DNA of 24,251 nucleotides from a virus (taxonomy: Duplodnaviria; Caudoviricetes): positions 1 to 24,251 of the IMG/VR virus record IMGVR_UViG_3300020043_001000, one strand, 5' to 3'. The position numbers were made by a program, and so were the translations under genes. The notes under the pieces were generated by a model. That model was not told where the DNA came from. It did no database searches and saw nothing but the letters and a program-made list of their open reading frames with translations. Positions 7,884 through 16,554 of the stretch are shown in pieces; position 1 is the stretch's first letter, and each line of letters opens with the position of its first letter.

Positions 7884-8246
7884 ATGAGTAAAGGAAGCAA
7901 CCGCCGCCCCGAAGATTTAGGCTCATTCCGAGATAGCTACGATGGCATCTTTGGTAATAAAAAGCCTGTGCGAGGTTCGTTTGTTTACGACCCCGTAACC
8001 AAGTCAATGGTTAGCAAAGAAGATTTATACGAGCTAAAAGAGATAAACGCTCCAATGGTTATGAACGACATTGCGGGATATACATCCATGCAAACGGGTG
8101 AATGGATTGGTTCACGTTCAACCCATAGGGCGCATTTAAAGCAGCATAAATTGATTGAGATTGGAAACGAAAAAATCCAACCTCCAAAAGCGTACAAGTA
8201 CGACTCCGAAGCTGTGAAGCGAGAGCTGGCACGGCATTTTAATTAA
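7884..8246 (+). CDS. Conserved phage head-module protein upstream of scaffold
   Basis: AGGA RBS; motif APMVMNDI.GY.SM.TGEWI.SRS.HR.HLK.H..IEIGNE. Confidence 0.75.
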   Translation: MSKGSNRRPEDLGSFRDSYDGIFGNKKPVRGSFVYDPVTKSMVSKEDLYELKEINAPMVMNDIAGYTSMQTGEWIGSRSTHRAHLKQHKLIEIGNEKIQPPKAYKYDSEAVKRELARHFN

Positions 8247-8264
8247 CCACAAAAAGGACTAAAA

Positions 8265-9248
8265 ATGTCAGAATTGGCTACCCAAGACGACACATCATTG
8301 CGCGACACATTGGAGTCTGCATTTACTGCGGCTGAAACGCCTGCGGAAGTTGTAGAAGCTCCCGTTGTAGAGGAAAAGCCCGTCCGTGTACGTGATGAAG
8401 CTGGAAAGTTCGCAGCAAAAGAAGTCCCCGAACAAAGTGCGGAAATTAAAGAAGATATTGATCCACCGATAGAACAAGCAAAAGAAGAACCTGCGCGTCG
8501 ACCCCCTTCGTCTTGGAAAAAAGAAACCCAAGCAGAATGGGAAAAACTGCCATCACACGTGCAAGAAGATGTATTGCGCCGTGAAGCCGATTTTCATAAG
8601 GGAATCGAACAGTACAAAGGACACGCACAACGCGCAGCCTCGTATGACGCAGCTATCGAGCCTTATAAACCCATGCTTCAATCAATGGGTGTAGCGCCTG
8701 AAGCGGCTATCGGCGAGTTATTTAAGACATACACACTATTACACAACGGTTCACAAGAAGAACGTGCAGCGGCGCTAGGTCAACTAGCCCGAAGTGCAGG
8801 ATTGGAACTAGATAAAATTCAAGAGCAGCAGGTTGACCCTAGGTATCAAGACCTTGTTGCTCGGAATCGCTCATTGGAGTACGACAACGTACAACGTGAG
8901 CAGCAGCGCCTCAATCAACAAAGATATGAGCTAAACAGCCAAATCGAAAAGTTTTCTGAGGGTAAAGAGTATTTTAACGCCGTCCGCGATGACATGGCTG
9001 TATTCCTTGAAACAGGGAAAGCGGCAGATTTAGAGACAGCGTATGACATGGCGATATGGGCACGACCCGACCTTCGCAGTAGTTTGCTAGAACAACAAAC
9101 TAAAGCGGCAGAAGAACGAGCACGTGCAGCAATGCAGCAACAAAGAGCGAAAACCGCTTCTGTGTCTGTGAGAGGTTCATCGCCTGTAAGTGGCACAAGT
9201 GCCGCGCCAACTGGTTTGAGGGAAATCCTCGAATCTCACTTCAATTAA
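8265..9248 (+). CDS. Capsid scaffolding protein
   Basis: AAGGA RBS; acidic/Pro-rich N-terminus with RDEAGKFA, PPSSWKKE motif, helical body with L..AYDMA.W; immediately before the capsid gene. Confidence 0.85.
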   Translation: MSELATQDDTSLRDTLESAFTAAETPAEVVEAPVVEEKPVRVRDEAGKFAAKEVPEQSAEIKEDIDPPIEQAKEEPARRPPSSWKKETQAEWEKLPSHVQEDVLRREADFHKGIEQYKGHAQRAASYDAAIEPYKPMLQSMGVAPEAAIGELFKTYTLLHNGSQEERAAALGQLARSAGLELDKIQEQQVDPRYQDLVARNRSLEYDNVQREQQRLNQQRYELNSQIEKFSEGKEYFNAVRDDMAVFLETGKAADLETAYDMAIWARPDLRSSLLEQQTKAAEERARAAMQQQRAKTASVSVRGSSPVSGTSAAPTGLREILESHFN

Positions 9249-9266
9249 TTTTTAAAGGATAACGAA

Positions 9267-10259
9267 ATGGCATCATTTCCCAATTTAACCGACATCGTCT
9301 CGACAACGATTCAATCCCGTAGCGGCGCTCTTGCCGATAACGCTTTGAAGCAAAACGCGCTCCTAGCTCGTTTGCAGAAAAAGGGTAACGCAAAGCCGTT
9401 TAGCGGTGGTAACGTGATTTTGCAAGAAATCATGTATAACGACACGAACACGATTAACGCTGGCTTTTACAGCGGTTATGACGTGATCGACATTACGCCT
9501 AACAGCCCAATTACAGCAGCACAGTTTGACATCAAGCAAGCAAGTGCAGCCGTAACCATCTCTGGTCTCGACCAATTGATGAACAGTGGCAAAGAGGCGA
9601 TTATCGACCTGTTAGAGTCGCGCATTCAAATCGCTGAAAAGCAATTGATGAACACGCTCTCCACTGGTTTGTACAGTGACGGCACAGGTAGCAGCGGTAA
9701 GTCTATTACAGGCTTGCAAGCGGCTATTGCTGACGCTCCTAGCTCTGGTACTTACGGCGGCATTAATCGTGCAACGTGGGCTTTCTGGCGCAATGTGGCG
9801 TTCTCGGCTGCAACTGACGGCGGCGCTGCTGCTACATCTGCAAACATTCAGTCGTACATGAATCGTGTAGCCGTTCAATTGGTTCGCGGTAATGACGCTC
9901 CTGACTTGTGCGTGGCTGACAACAACTACTATCGCCTATTCCTTGAGTCGATGCAGTCTATCCAACGTATTTCCTCTGAGGAAATGGCGGGTCTAGGCTT
10001 CACTTCGCTCAAATACTTAGGTGCTGGTAAGTCTATGGACGTGGTGCTTGACGGCGGTATCGGCGGTGCAATCGGCTCTAACCGTATGTACATGCTCAAT
10101 ACTGACTATCTGTTCCTGCGCACACATCGTGACCGCAACATGGTTCCAATCGGTGGCGAACGTCAGTCGATTAACCAAGATGCGGTTGTTAAGCTTATCG
10201 GCTGGGCTGGTAACTTGACTTCTAGCGGCCCGCAGTTCTCTGCTGTCCTCAAAGCTTAA
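9267..10259 (+). CDS. Major capsid protein
   Basis: 330 aa, AAGGA RBS, follows scaffold; motifs TTIQSRSG.LADN, LYSDGTG..GK.ITGL, YGGINRATW.FWRN, GWAGNLT. Confidence 0.92.
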   Translation: MASFPNLTDIVSTTIQSRSGALADNALKQNALLARLQKKGNAKPFSGGNVILQEIMYNDTNTINAGFYSGYDVIDITPNSPITAAQFDIKQASAAVTISGLDQLMNSGKEAIIDLLESRIQIAEKQLMNTLSTGLYSDGTGSSGKSITGLQAAIADAPSSGTYGGINRATWAFWRNVAFSAATDGGAAATSANIQSYMNRVAVQLVRGNDAPDLCVADNNYYRLFLESMQSIQRISSEEMAGLGFTSLKYLGAGKSMDVVLDGGIGGAIGSNRMYMLNTDYLFLRTHRDRNMVPIGGERQSINQDAVVKLIGWAGNLTSSGPQFSAVLKA

Positions 10260-10275
10260 TTAAGGAGTAACCAAT

Positions 10276-10575
10276 ATGGCAACACCATTCACAATCACGA
10301 GCCTCTCTGGGGCTGATTTAGTCTCCATCATCCCTACTGCCGACTTGACAAGTGGCGCTCAAAAAGCTGCTGCACGTCTTGGTACGCAAGTATGGGGTTC
10401 TGATGGTAAATTGTATGTATATGCTCAGGCAAATGCATCAATTTCTGCATCGACAGCGGTTTGCACAGTCAACGCGACAACATTCTTAGTAACTGCTTCG
10501 GCTGGTTCTTATACCTCCCCAGCAACTGCTATGGTGGCTGGCGACCAAGGCTGGTTCAGCAAAGCATCTGTGTAA
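10276..10575 (+). CDS. Putative capsid decoration/cement protein
   Basis: Strong TAAGGAG RBS directly after the capsid gene; small beta-rich protein (LGTQVWGSDGKLYVYAQA). Confidence 0.65.
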   Translation: MATPFTITSLSGADLVSIIPTADLTSGAQKAAARLGTQVWGSDGKLYVYAQANASISASTAVCTVNATTFLVTASAGSYTSPATAMVAGDQGWFSKASV

Positions 10576-10585
10576 GGATTAGATT

Positions 10586-10954
10586 ATGTCTATTCCTTCA
10601 CGTTTACTTGGCTCTGGCTTATCGCCATTGGCTGCTACGAATATCTGCGGTGATGTGGCGACAACGCTCACAGCCACGGGTACGACTGACGCCGATGCAT
10701 TAGCCTTATCCGCTACTATTAACCAAGTATCCACAACCGCAGCTTCAACAGGTGTACGCCTAATGTCGCCTGAATCTGGTTCTGGTGTCGTGGTTATTAA
10801 TAGCGGGGCAAATGCCTTGCTGGTTTACCCCAGCACAGGCGCACAAATCAACGCTTTGACGGCAACTACTGGCGGCTTCTCAGTCGCTGCTGGTGGTCGC
10901 GCATTGTTTGTTGGTACAGGCTCGGCAAACTGGTACGCCATTTTGTCAGCTTAA
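10586..10954 (+). CDS. Putative second capsid decoration protein
   Basis: AAGGA RBS; A/T/G/S-rich 122 aa (VVVINSGANALLVYP..GAQIN); last gene before the terminator. Confidence 0.6.
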   Translation: MSIPSRLLGSGLSPLAATNICGDVATTLTATGTTDADALALSATINQVSTTAASTGVRLMSPESGSGVVVINSGANALLVYPSTGAQINALTATTGGFSVAAGGRALFVGTGSANWYAILSA

Positions 10955-10958
10955 TCGG

Positions 10959-10987
10959 TGGGGGAGGGTTCGCTCTCCCCTATTTTT
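10959..10987 (+). terminator. Intrinsic terminator after head genes
   Basis: GGGGAGGG-TTCG-CTCTCCCC stem-loop followed by TATTTTT. Confidence 0.85.
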
Positions 10988-11013
10988 CACATAACCAAAA
11001 AGGGTAACCCCAA

Positions 11014-11538
11014 ATGGCTGACAATTTATCAATTCGATTTTACCAAGACAAACTCTTAATGGGTTTTGCATCTGAACAAGCTGGTCACCCAGTTTTTGAA
11101 GATAGAGATTTTATTGAAATCACCGTACCCGGCGATATGAATAACGTATTAAACCGTGAAGTCACGGACAAAGACAAGAGGGATTTTGCGGCATCTTATG
11201 CTCGATACAAAGAGGGTTTAGAGCCTAGCGTAGACGGTATTCCATTAGAAGCATGGGCAAGGCTAACATCTGCCTCAGTAGCAAACTACAAAGCGCTTGG
11301 AGTTAAGACGGTAGAGCATATCGCGCAAATGTCAGATCAAACGTGCAATAAAGTTGCAATGGGCGCAATGGCAGACAGGACAGCGGCTAAGGCTTATTTA
11401 GCACTAGCAAAAGACAGCGCATTAGCGCAAAAGCAGGCTTTGGAAATTGAGCGACAGAATAATCTAATCGCTGATTTACAAAGGCAAATCAACGAGCTTG
11501 CGGCAGATAAGCCCAAGCGTAAACCTAAAGAAGAATAG
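11014..11538 (+). CDS. Conserved hypothetical phage protein (head-tail junction)
   Basis: 174 aa; SEQAGHPVFEDRDFIEI.VPGD and G.PLE.W...GVKTVE.IA motifs; C-terminal coiled coil. Confidence 0.75.
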   Translation: MADNLSIRFYQDKLLMGFASEQAGHPVFEDRDFIEITVPGDMNNVLNREVTDKDKRDFAASYARYKEGLEPSVDGIPLEAWARLTSASVANYKALGVKTVEHIAQMSDQTCNKVAMGAMADRTAAKAYLALAKDSALAQKQALEIERQNNLIADLQRQINELAADKPKRKPKEE

Positions 11539-11540
11539 AC

Positions 11541-12440
11541 ATGACATTACTAGAGCTTGTTCAAAATATGTGTTTGGAGGTGGGAATACCATCTCCGACA
11601 CAAGTGGTTACATCGCAAGATGTGCAAATCAATCAGATTTATGCGTTAGTGAACAGGCTCGGTAATGACATTACGCGGACATTTGAATGGCAAAAACTCG
11701 ATAAAGAGTACATCCTTCAAACCGTATCGACGACTTTAACAGGGACTATTACAAGTGGTTCTAAAGTAATTACGGGTATATCTAGCACGACTGGGCTTAC
11801 CTCTGATTACGGTATCGACGGCAATGGTATTGCACCATTCTCGCAAATTGTGACCGTGGATAGCGGTACTCAGGTAACGATGAACTTACCCGCTACAGCA
11901 TCGGGAACGGTAGATTTAGTATTTGGACAAGTCAACTACGCACTGCCTAGCGATTGGGCTAAACAAATTCCACAAACTGAATGGGATAGGTCAAACCGCT
12001 GGCCATTGCTCGGGCCAAATAGCCCACAAGATTGGCAATCGTTTAAATCAGGTATTGTGTATGCAGGCCCTCGCCTTCGCTTTCGCATCCAAGGCAATAC
12101 ACTCGCGATCAATCCACCACCATCGGCTAATCTGAATCTAGCTTTTGAGTACATCTCTAAGTCATGGGTTTTGGCTGACGATGGTGTAACGTACAAGAAC
12201 AAATTTACAGCAGACACCGATACATTCGTTTTTGATGATTCATTAATGACAATTGGGCTTAAATTGCGATGGCTTCAAGCTAAAGGGTTTGAATACGACT
12301 TCGCACAAAGAGAATTTGACAGCTTGCTCAGCATGTGTAAAGGGCAAGACAAATCTGCGGCTAAGTTGTCATTAGCGCCCGAAGCTGGCAGTATTTTATT
12401 GACCAATCGCAACATACCTGATGGGAACTGGAATGGCTAA
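11541..12440 (+). CDS. Head-tail adaptor (P22 gp4/T7 gp11-like) with inserted beta domain
   Basis: MTLLELVQ..C.EVG N-terminal helix, YALPSDW, FEYISK.W, helical C-terminus; position before the nozzle gene. Confidence 0.75.
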   Translation: MTLLELVQNMCLEVGIPSPTQVVTSQDVQINQIYALVNRLGNDITRTFEWQKLDKEYILQTVSTTLTGTITSGSKVITGISSTTGLTSDYGIDGNGIAPFSQIVTVDSGTQVTMNLPATASGTVDLVFGQVNYALPSDWAKQIPQTEWDRSNRWPLLGPNSPQDWQSFKSGIVYAGPRLRFRIQGNTLAINPPPSANLNLAFEYISKSWVLADDGVTYKNKFTADTDTFVFDDSLMTIGLKLRWLQAKGFEYDFAQREFDSLLSMCKGQDKSAAKLSLAPEAGSILLTNRNIPDGNWNG

Positions 12441-13971
12441 CGGGCGCAGAATAGCAAGCACGGTTACATATTCAGCCCCCGTAGGTGGTTGGAATGCGAG
12501 GGATTCCCTAGCCGACATGGGCAAATCGGACGCAGTTATCTTAGATAACTTTGTTCCTAAAACGACAGAGGTTGTACTCCGCCCCGGCTCGTCTGACCAC
12601 GTTACAGGAATCACTGGAACAGTAGAAACCCTCGCAGTCTATGCAAAACCAGCAGGAACTTACAGCATGTTCGGCGCGGCTGGAACGTCTATCTATGACG
12701 TAACAACGGCTGGGGCAGTAGGCGCAGCAGTTCAGACTGGATTGTCTAATGCCCGTTGGCAAACTGTCAACTTTGCGACAACTGGCGGCAATTTTCTCTA
12801 CATGGTCAACGGTGCAGATAGTCCTAGATTATGGGACGGCACAACGTGGACTGCGGTTACGGGGGTATCAACTCCTGCGATTACGGGTGTAACAACGGCT
12901 AACCTTATCCATGTCAACATATATCAGCGCCGATTGTGGTTTGTTGAAAAGAACTCCATGAAAGTGTGGTACTTACCCGTTCAATCTATCGGTGGCGCGG
13001 CGCAGTCTTTTGATTTATCCTCGTTATTCGGACAAGGTGGCTATCTTCAAGCTATGGGAACTATGTCGATGGATTCGGGTAACGGTATGGATGACCATGC
13101 TGTGTTTATCTCTAGCGAGGGAGAGGTCGCTATTTATAAAGGCATTGACCCATCCAGCGCGGCAACATGGTATCTAGTCGGTGTTTATTCGGTTGGTTCG
13201 CCCGTGGGTCGTCGTTGCTTTGCACAGTTCGGGGCTGACGTTCTTATTATCAGTAGGGATGGATTGCTTCCCATGTCTAAGGCGTTATTGACTTCGAGGT
13301 CTAACTCTAGCATTGCGATTACTGACAAAATCCAACAAGCGATTAGTCAATCAACAAGTGATTATGGAACTCAGTTTGGGTGGGAAGTTACTATATTCCC
13401 CGAGGAAAACTTGCTAGTCATGAACGTACCCGCAAGTAATGGGACTTCGTATCAGTACGTCATGTACACGCTAAATGGCTCTTGGTGCAGGTTTACCGAT
13501 TGGAACGCATCAACATTCGTTAGGATGGGTTCTAGCCTTTTTATGGGTGTTAATGGGTCGGTTGTTAAGGTTTACTCAGGTAATAGCGATAACGGCGCAC
13601 AGATTAACGGCGAGGCTCTAGCGTCTTTCCAATACCATGACGGCATGAAATTAAAACGCTACACCATGATGCGACCCGTTTATTCCGTGGAAAGTAGCAC
13701 GGCAGGTATTATTCTTGGATTAAATTTAGACTTTAATCAAACTGCGCCAACAGGAATACCAACAACATCAACCTCAACATCAGGGGTATGGGGAACGGGT
13801 ATATGGGGAACATTTACATGGGGTGGTGGTTATCAAGTCAATACTAAATGGCAATCCGTTGGCGGCGTGGGTTATTGCGCGGCGGCTCACATTAAAGTAA
13901 GCAGTAAATCCTCTGGTTTTAAATGGCAATCGGTTGATTATATTTTTGAAAAAGGTCAAGGATTATCGTGA
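12433..13971 (+). CDS. Tail nozzle / packaged-DNA stabilisation protein (P22 gp10/T7 gp12-like)
   Basis: APVGGWNARD...A..LDNF.P N-terminus; beta-propeller-like composition; ATG 12433 overlaps the adaptor end. Confidence 0.8.
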   Translation: MANGRRIASTVTYSAPVGGWNARDSLADMGKSDAVILDNFVPKTTEVVLRPGSSDHVTGITGTVETLAVYAKPAGTYSMFGAAGTSIYDVTTAGAVGAAVQTGLSNARWQTVNFATTGGNFLYMVNGADSPRLWDGTTWTAVTGVSTPAITGVTTANLIHVNIYQRRLWFVEKNSMKVWYLPVQSIGGAAQSFDLSSLFGQGGYLQAMGTMSMDSGNGMDDHAVFISSEGEVAIYKGIDPSSAATWYLVGVYSVGSPVGRRCFAQFGADVLIISRDGLLPMSKALLTSRSNSSIAITDKIQQAISQSTSDYGTQFGWEVTIFPEENLLVMNVPASNGTSYQYVMYTLNGSWCRFTDWNASTFVRMGSSLFMGVNGSVVKVYSGNSDNGAQINGEALASFQYHDGMKLKRYTMMRPVYSVESSTAGIILGLNLDFNQTAPTGIPTTSTSTSGVWGTGIWGTFTWGGGYQVNTKWQSVGGVGYCAAAHIKVSSKSSGFKWQSVDYIFEKGQGLS

Positions 13972-14369
13972 TAACCATCGGCGAACACGTTTGTTTATGG
14001 GTAGCTGAAAACATTGGAAAAAAGTATTATGCGGGTTCGGGTCAAGGGATTGGGATAGAGAAAAACGGGGAGATTGTCTGCGGTGTCTTATTTGAAGATT
14101 ACAACGGTCAATCAATCCAAATCCACGTAGCCTTGAAAGAAGGCGCAAGAATGACTAGAGAATGGTTTAACACGTTATTTGGATACGCATTTAACCAATT
14201 GAAGGTAAAAAAAATTATGGGAGTAGTTGATTCTACGAACAAAAAAGCGCTACAATTCGACCAGCATATTGGTTTTGTAGTTGAAGCCACTATCAAGGAT
14301 GCTGGAAAACACGGTGACTTGATTATTTTGACAATGACGCGGCAACAATGTCGTTTCTTGAAGGACTAA
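13968..14369 (+). CDS. GNAT-fold acetyltransferase-like morphogenesis protein
   Basis: F.YAFNQLKVKKI.G.V...N.KAL.F..HIGF..E GNAT pattern; same slot as T7 gp13/P22 gp14; GTGA overlap. Confidence 0.8.
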   Translation: MITIGEHVCLWVAENIGKKYYAGSGQGIGIEKNGEIVCGVLFEDYNGQSIQIHVALKEGARMTREWFNTLFGYAFNQLKVKKIMGVVDSTNKKALQFDQHIGFVVEATIKDAGKHGDLIILTMTRQQCRFLKD

Positions 14370-14372
14370 ATC

Positions 14373-15173
14373 ATGGGAATCGGTAAAACATCAGCACCTC
14401 CAGCGCCAGATTACACGGCGGCGGCACAACAAACAGCCGCAGGTAACTTAGAAGCGGCACGCTCCGCAACTAAAGCAAATCGAGCTAATCAATATACGCC
14501 TTACGGCTCACTCACATGGGCGCAAGACGCAAATAACCCCGATAGTTGGACTCAATCCATCAACTTAAACGACACGGGGCAACAGCTATTAGACGCAAGT
14601 AATCGGTCTAGCCTAGGACTTGCTGGATTGCAAGATAGTGCCACTAGTCGGGTAGCGGACATGCAAGCAACGCCATTCGATTATGGCTCGGTGCAGGACG
14701 TGCAAGACCAAGCCTATAAGGGCTATACCTCGCGGCTAGACCCACAATGGGAGCAGGCATCACAATCTAACGATGCAAGATTAGCAAACCAAGGTATTGT
14801 GCAAGGCTCAGAAGCCTATAACAATGCTATGCGAACATTCAACCAAGGTAAGAATGATGCATATCGCCAAGCAAGCACGGCGGCTATCAACACAGCACCA
14901 CAAACACTACAAATGGCTCAGGCTTTGCGTAGTCAGCCACTAAACGAACTAAACGCACTTCGTAGCGGTTCACAAGTCCAAAACCCTCAATTTAGTGGAT
15001 ACGCTAACCAAGGACAAACGGCAGGCGCTGATTATCTAGGCGCGGCAAATGCTGGCTATGGTGCGGCTAACGATGCGGTTAATGCTCAAAACGCACAAAC
15101 AGGTGGATTCTTTAATGGTCTAGCCAGAATGGGCGCAGGCGCTCTAGCTGGCGGCTGGAAACCTTGGGTGTAA
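14373..15173 (+). CDS. DNA ejection (pilot) protein 1, P22 gp7-like position
   Basis: MG.GK.SAPPAPDY N-terminus, NRANQYTPYGSLTW, Q/A/N-rich, Gly-rich hydrophobic C-terminus. Confidence 0.75.
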   Translation: MGIGKTSAPPAPDYTAAAQQTAAGNLEAARSATKANRANQYTPYGSLTWAQDANNPDSWTQSINLNDTGQQLLDASNRSSLGLAGLQDSATSRVADMQATPFDYGSVQDVQDQAYKGYTSRLDPQWEQASQSNDARLANQGIVQGSEAYNNAMRTFNQGKNDAYRQASTAAINTAPQTLQMAQALRSQPLNELNALRSGSQVQNPQFSGYANQGQTAGADYLGAANAGYGAANDAVNAQNAQTGGFFNGLARMGAGALAGGWKPWV

Positions 15174-15175
15174 TC

Positions 15176-16552
15176 ATGGCAACAGCAAACATTGGAAATG
15201 ACTTAGAACTAGCACAGATTGATTATCAGCGCAAGCAGGCACTTGCTGATGCTTTGCGTAAGCAATCAATGGAATCTCCACAAGGTCAAATGATTGGGCG
15301 TAGATACGTAGCCCCAAGTTTGACTCAAAATTTGGCTCAATTGATGGAAGGCTATCAATCAGGTCAAATGGGCAAACAAGGCTTAGAAGAACTGCGTAAC
15401 GCACGTCAAGCCTACGACACACGCAACCAAGGTGAAATGCAAAACTTCATGGGCGCAATGCGTGGTACACCTGCAAGCGAATCGCAAAACGTAGCTCCTG
15501 ACGAATACGGTCAAATGACCAATCAACCTATTCAAAACCCAGCGCAAGCACCTAACCAAGCTCGTGCCATGGCTCTTGCTTTGCAGTCCAAGAATCCTAT
15601 GCTTCAAACGGTTGGCGCAACCTTGCTAGGTCGAGAATTTACACCTAAAGAAGCTAAATGGGAGAAAGCCTCTATTCATAATCCTGACGGCTCTATTACG
15701 CACGGTTATGCTGATATGAATAGCAAAACCCCAGAAGCGTCTTTTAGACCGCTTGGAACGCCTGAACAACTAAAAGGTGTAGCGATTGACAATCAATTAG
15801 TAAACCCAATTACTGCTACTCCTATGGGCAGTAGAGTGCCAAAACAAGCTAATCCTTTCTCGGACTTGGTTGTCCCAAATCCACAAGGTGGGATTATGGC
15901 TAATCAACCTTTGATTGATGCGCGTAAGGCTATTCAAAGAGAAGGTGCAACAAAAGTATCTTTGAATGTGGATACAGCACCTAAAGCATTAGCTACCGAA
16001 CTTGGCAAAGACGTAGCTAAAACTATTGGCGAAGCGCGTGATAAAGCAGAATCGGCAAATCAAACATTGGCAAACGTCCAACAAATGAAGGCGGGATTAA
16101 ACAAGGCTATTACAGGGCCATTTGCAAACCAACGAATCACGCTTAGCCAATTAGGCGAAACAATGGGAATAACAGGCAAAGACACCGCAGAGCAGCTACA
16201 AAATACCCGTAATGTCATGCAGGGTCTAGCACGTCAAGAATTGGCAGCGGCTGGTCAAATGAAAGGTCAAGGACAAATTACAGAATCAGAACGCGCTATT
16301 TTACGTAAAGCTGAATCTGGCAGCATCAATGAGCTAACCAAGCCTGAATTGCAAACATTATTCACGGCTTTAGAAAAGACCGCTAAATATCGAATTGGCG
16401 TACATGAGACAAACATGAAACGATTAGGGGGCGATAAAAATCTAGCAGAAGTGTCTCAATACTATCAAATTCCACCAATGACAACAGACTTAGCGCCAAC
16501 AAAAGCTAATGCAGCGGCGCAAGGTGGATGGGGCATTAAACCAATTCCATAA
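15176..16552 (+). CDS. DNA ejection protein 2, P22 gp20-like position
   Basis: Q/A-rich helical ~458 aa; PQGQMIGRRYVAPS..Q.LA and G.GQITESER..L motifs. Confidence 0.7.
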   Translation: MATANIGNDLELAQIDYQRKQALADALRKQSMESPQGQMIGRRYVAPSLTQNLAQLMEGYQSGQMGKQGLEELRNARQAYDTRNQGEMQNFMGAMRGTPASESQNVAPDEYGQMTNQPIQNPAQAPNQARAMALALQSKNPMLQTVGATLLGREFTPKEAKWEKASIHNPDGSITHGYADMNSKTPEASFRPLGTPEQLKGVAIDNQLVNPITATPMGSRVPKQANPFSDLVVPNPQGGIMANQPLIDARKAIQREGATKVSLNVDTAPKALATELGKDVAKTIGEARDKAESANQTLANVQQMKAGLNKAITGPFANQRITLSQLGETMGITGKDTAEQLQNTRNVMQGLARQELAAAGQMKGQGQITESERAILRKAESGSINELTKPELQTLFTALEKTAKYRIGVHETNMKRLGGDKNLAEVSQYYQIPPMTTDLAPTKANAAAQGGWGIKPIP

Positions 16553-16554
16553 TC

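Noticed and set aside
10245-10280. Capsid C-terminal extension by frameshift or read-through (T7 10B-like)
   Set aside because: No slippery site at the capsid 3' end; TAA is followed by another stop-rich stretch and a strong independent RBS.
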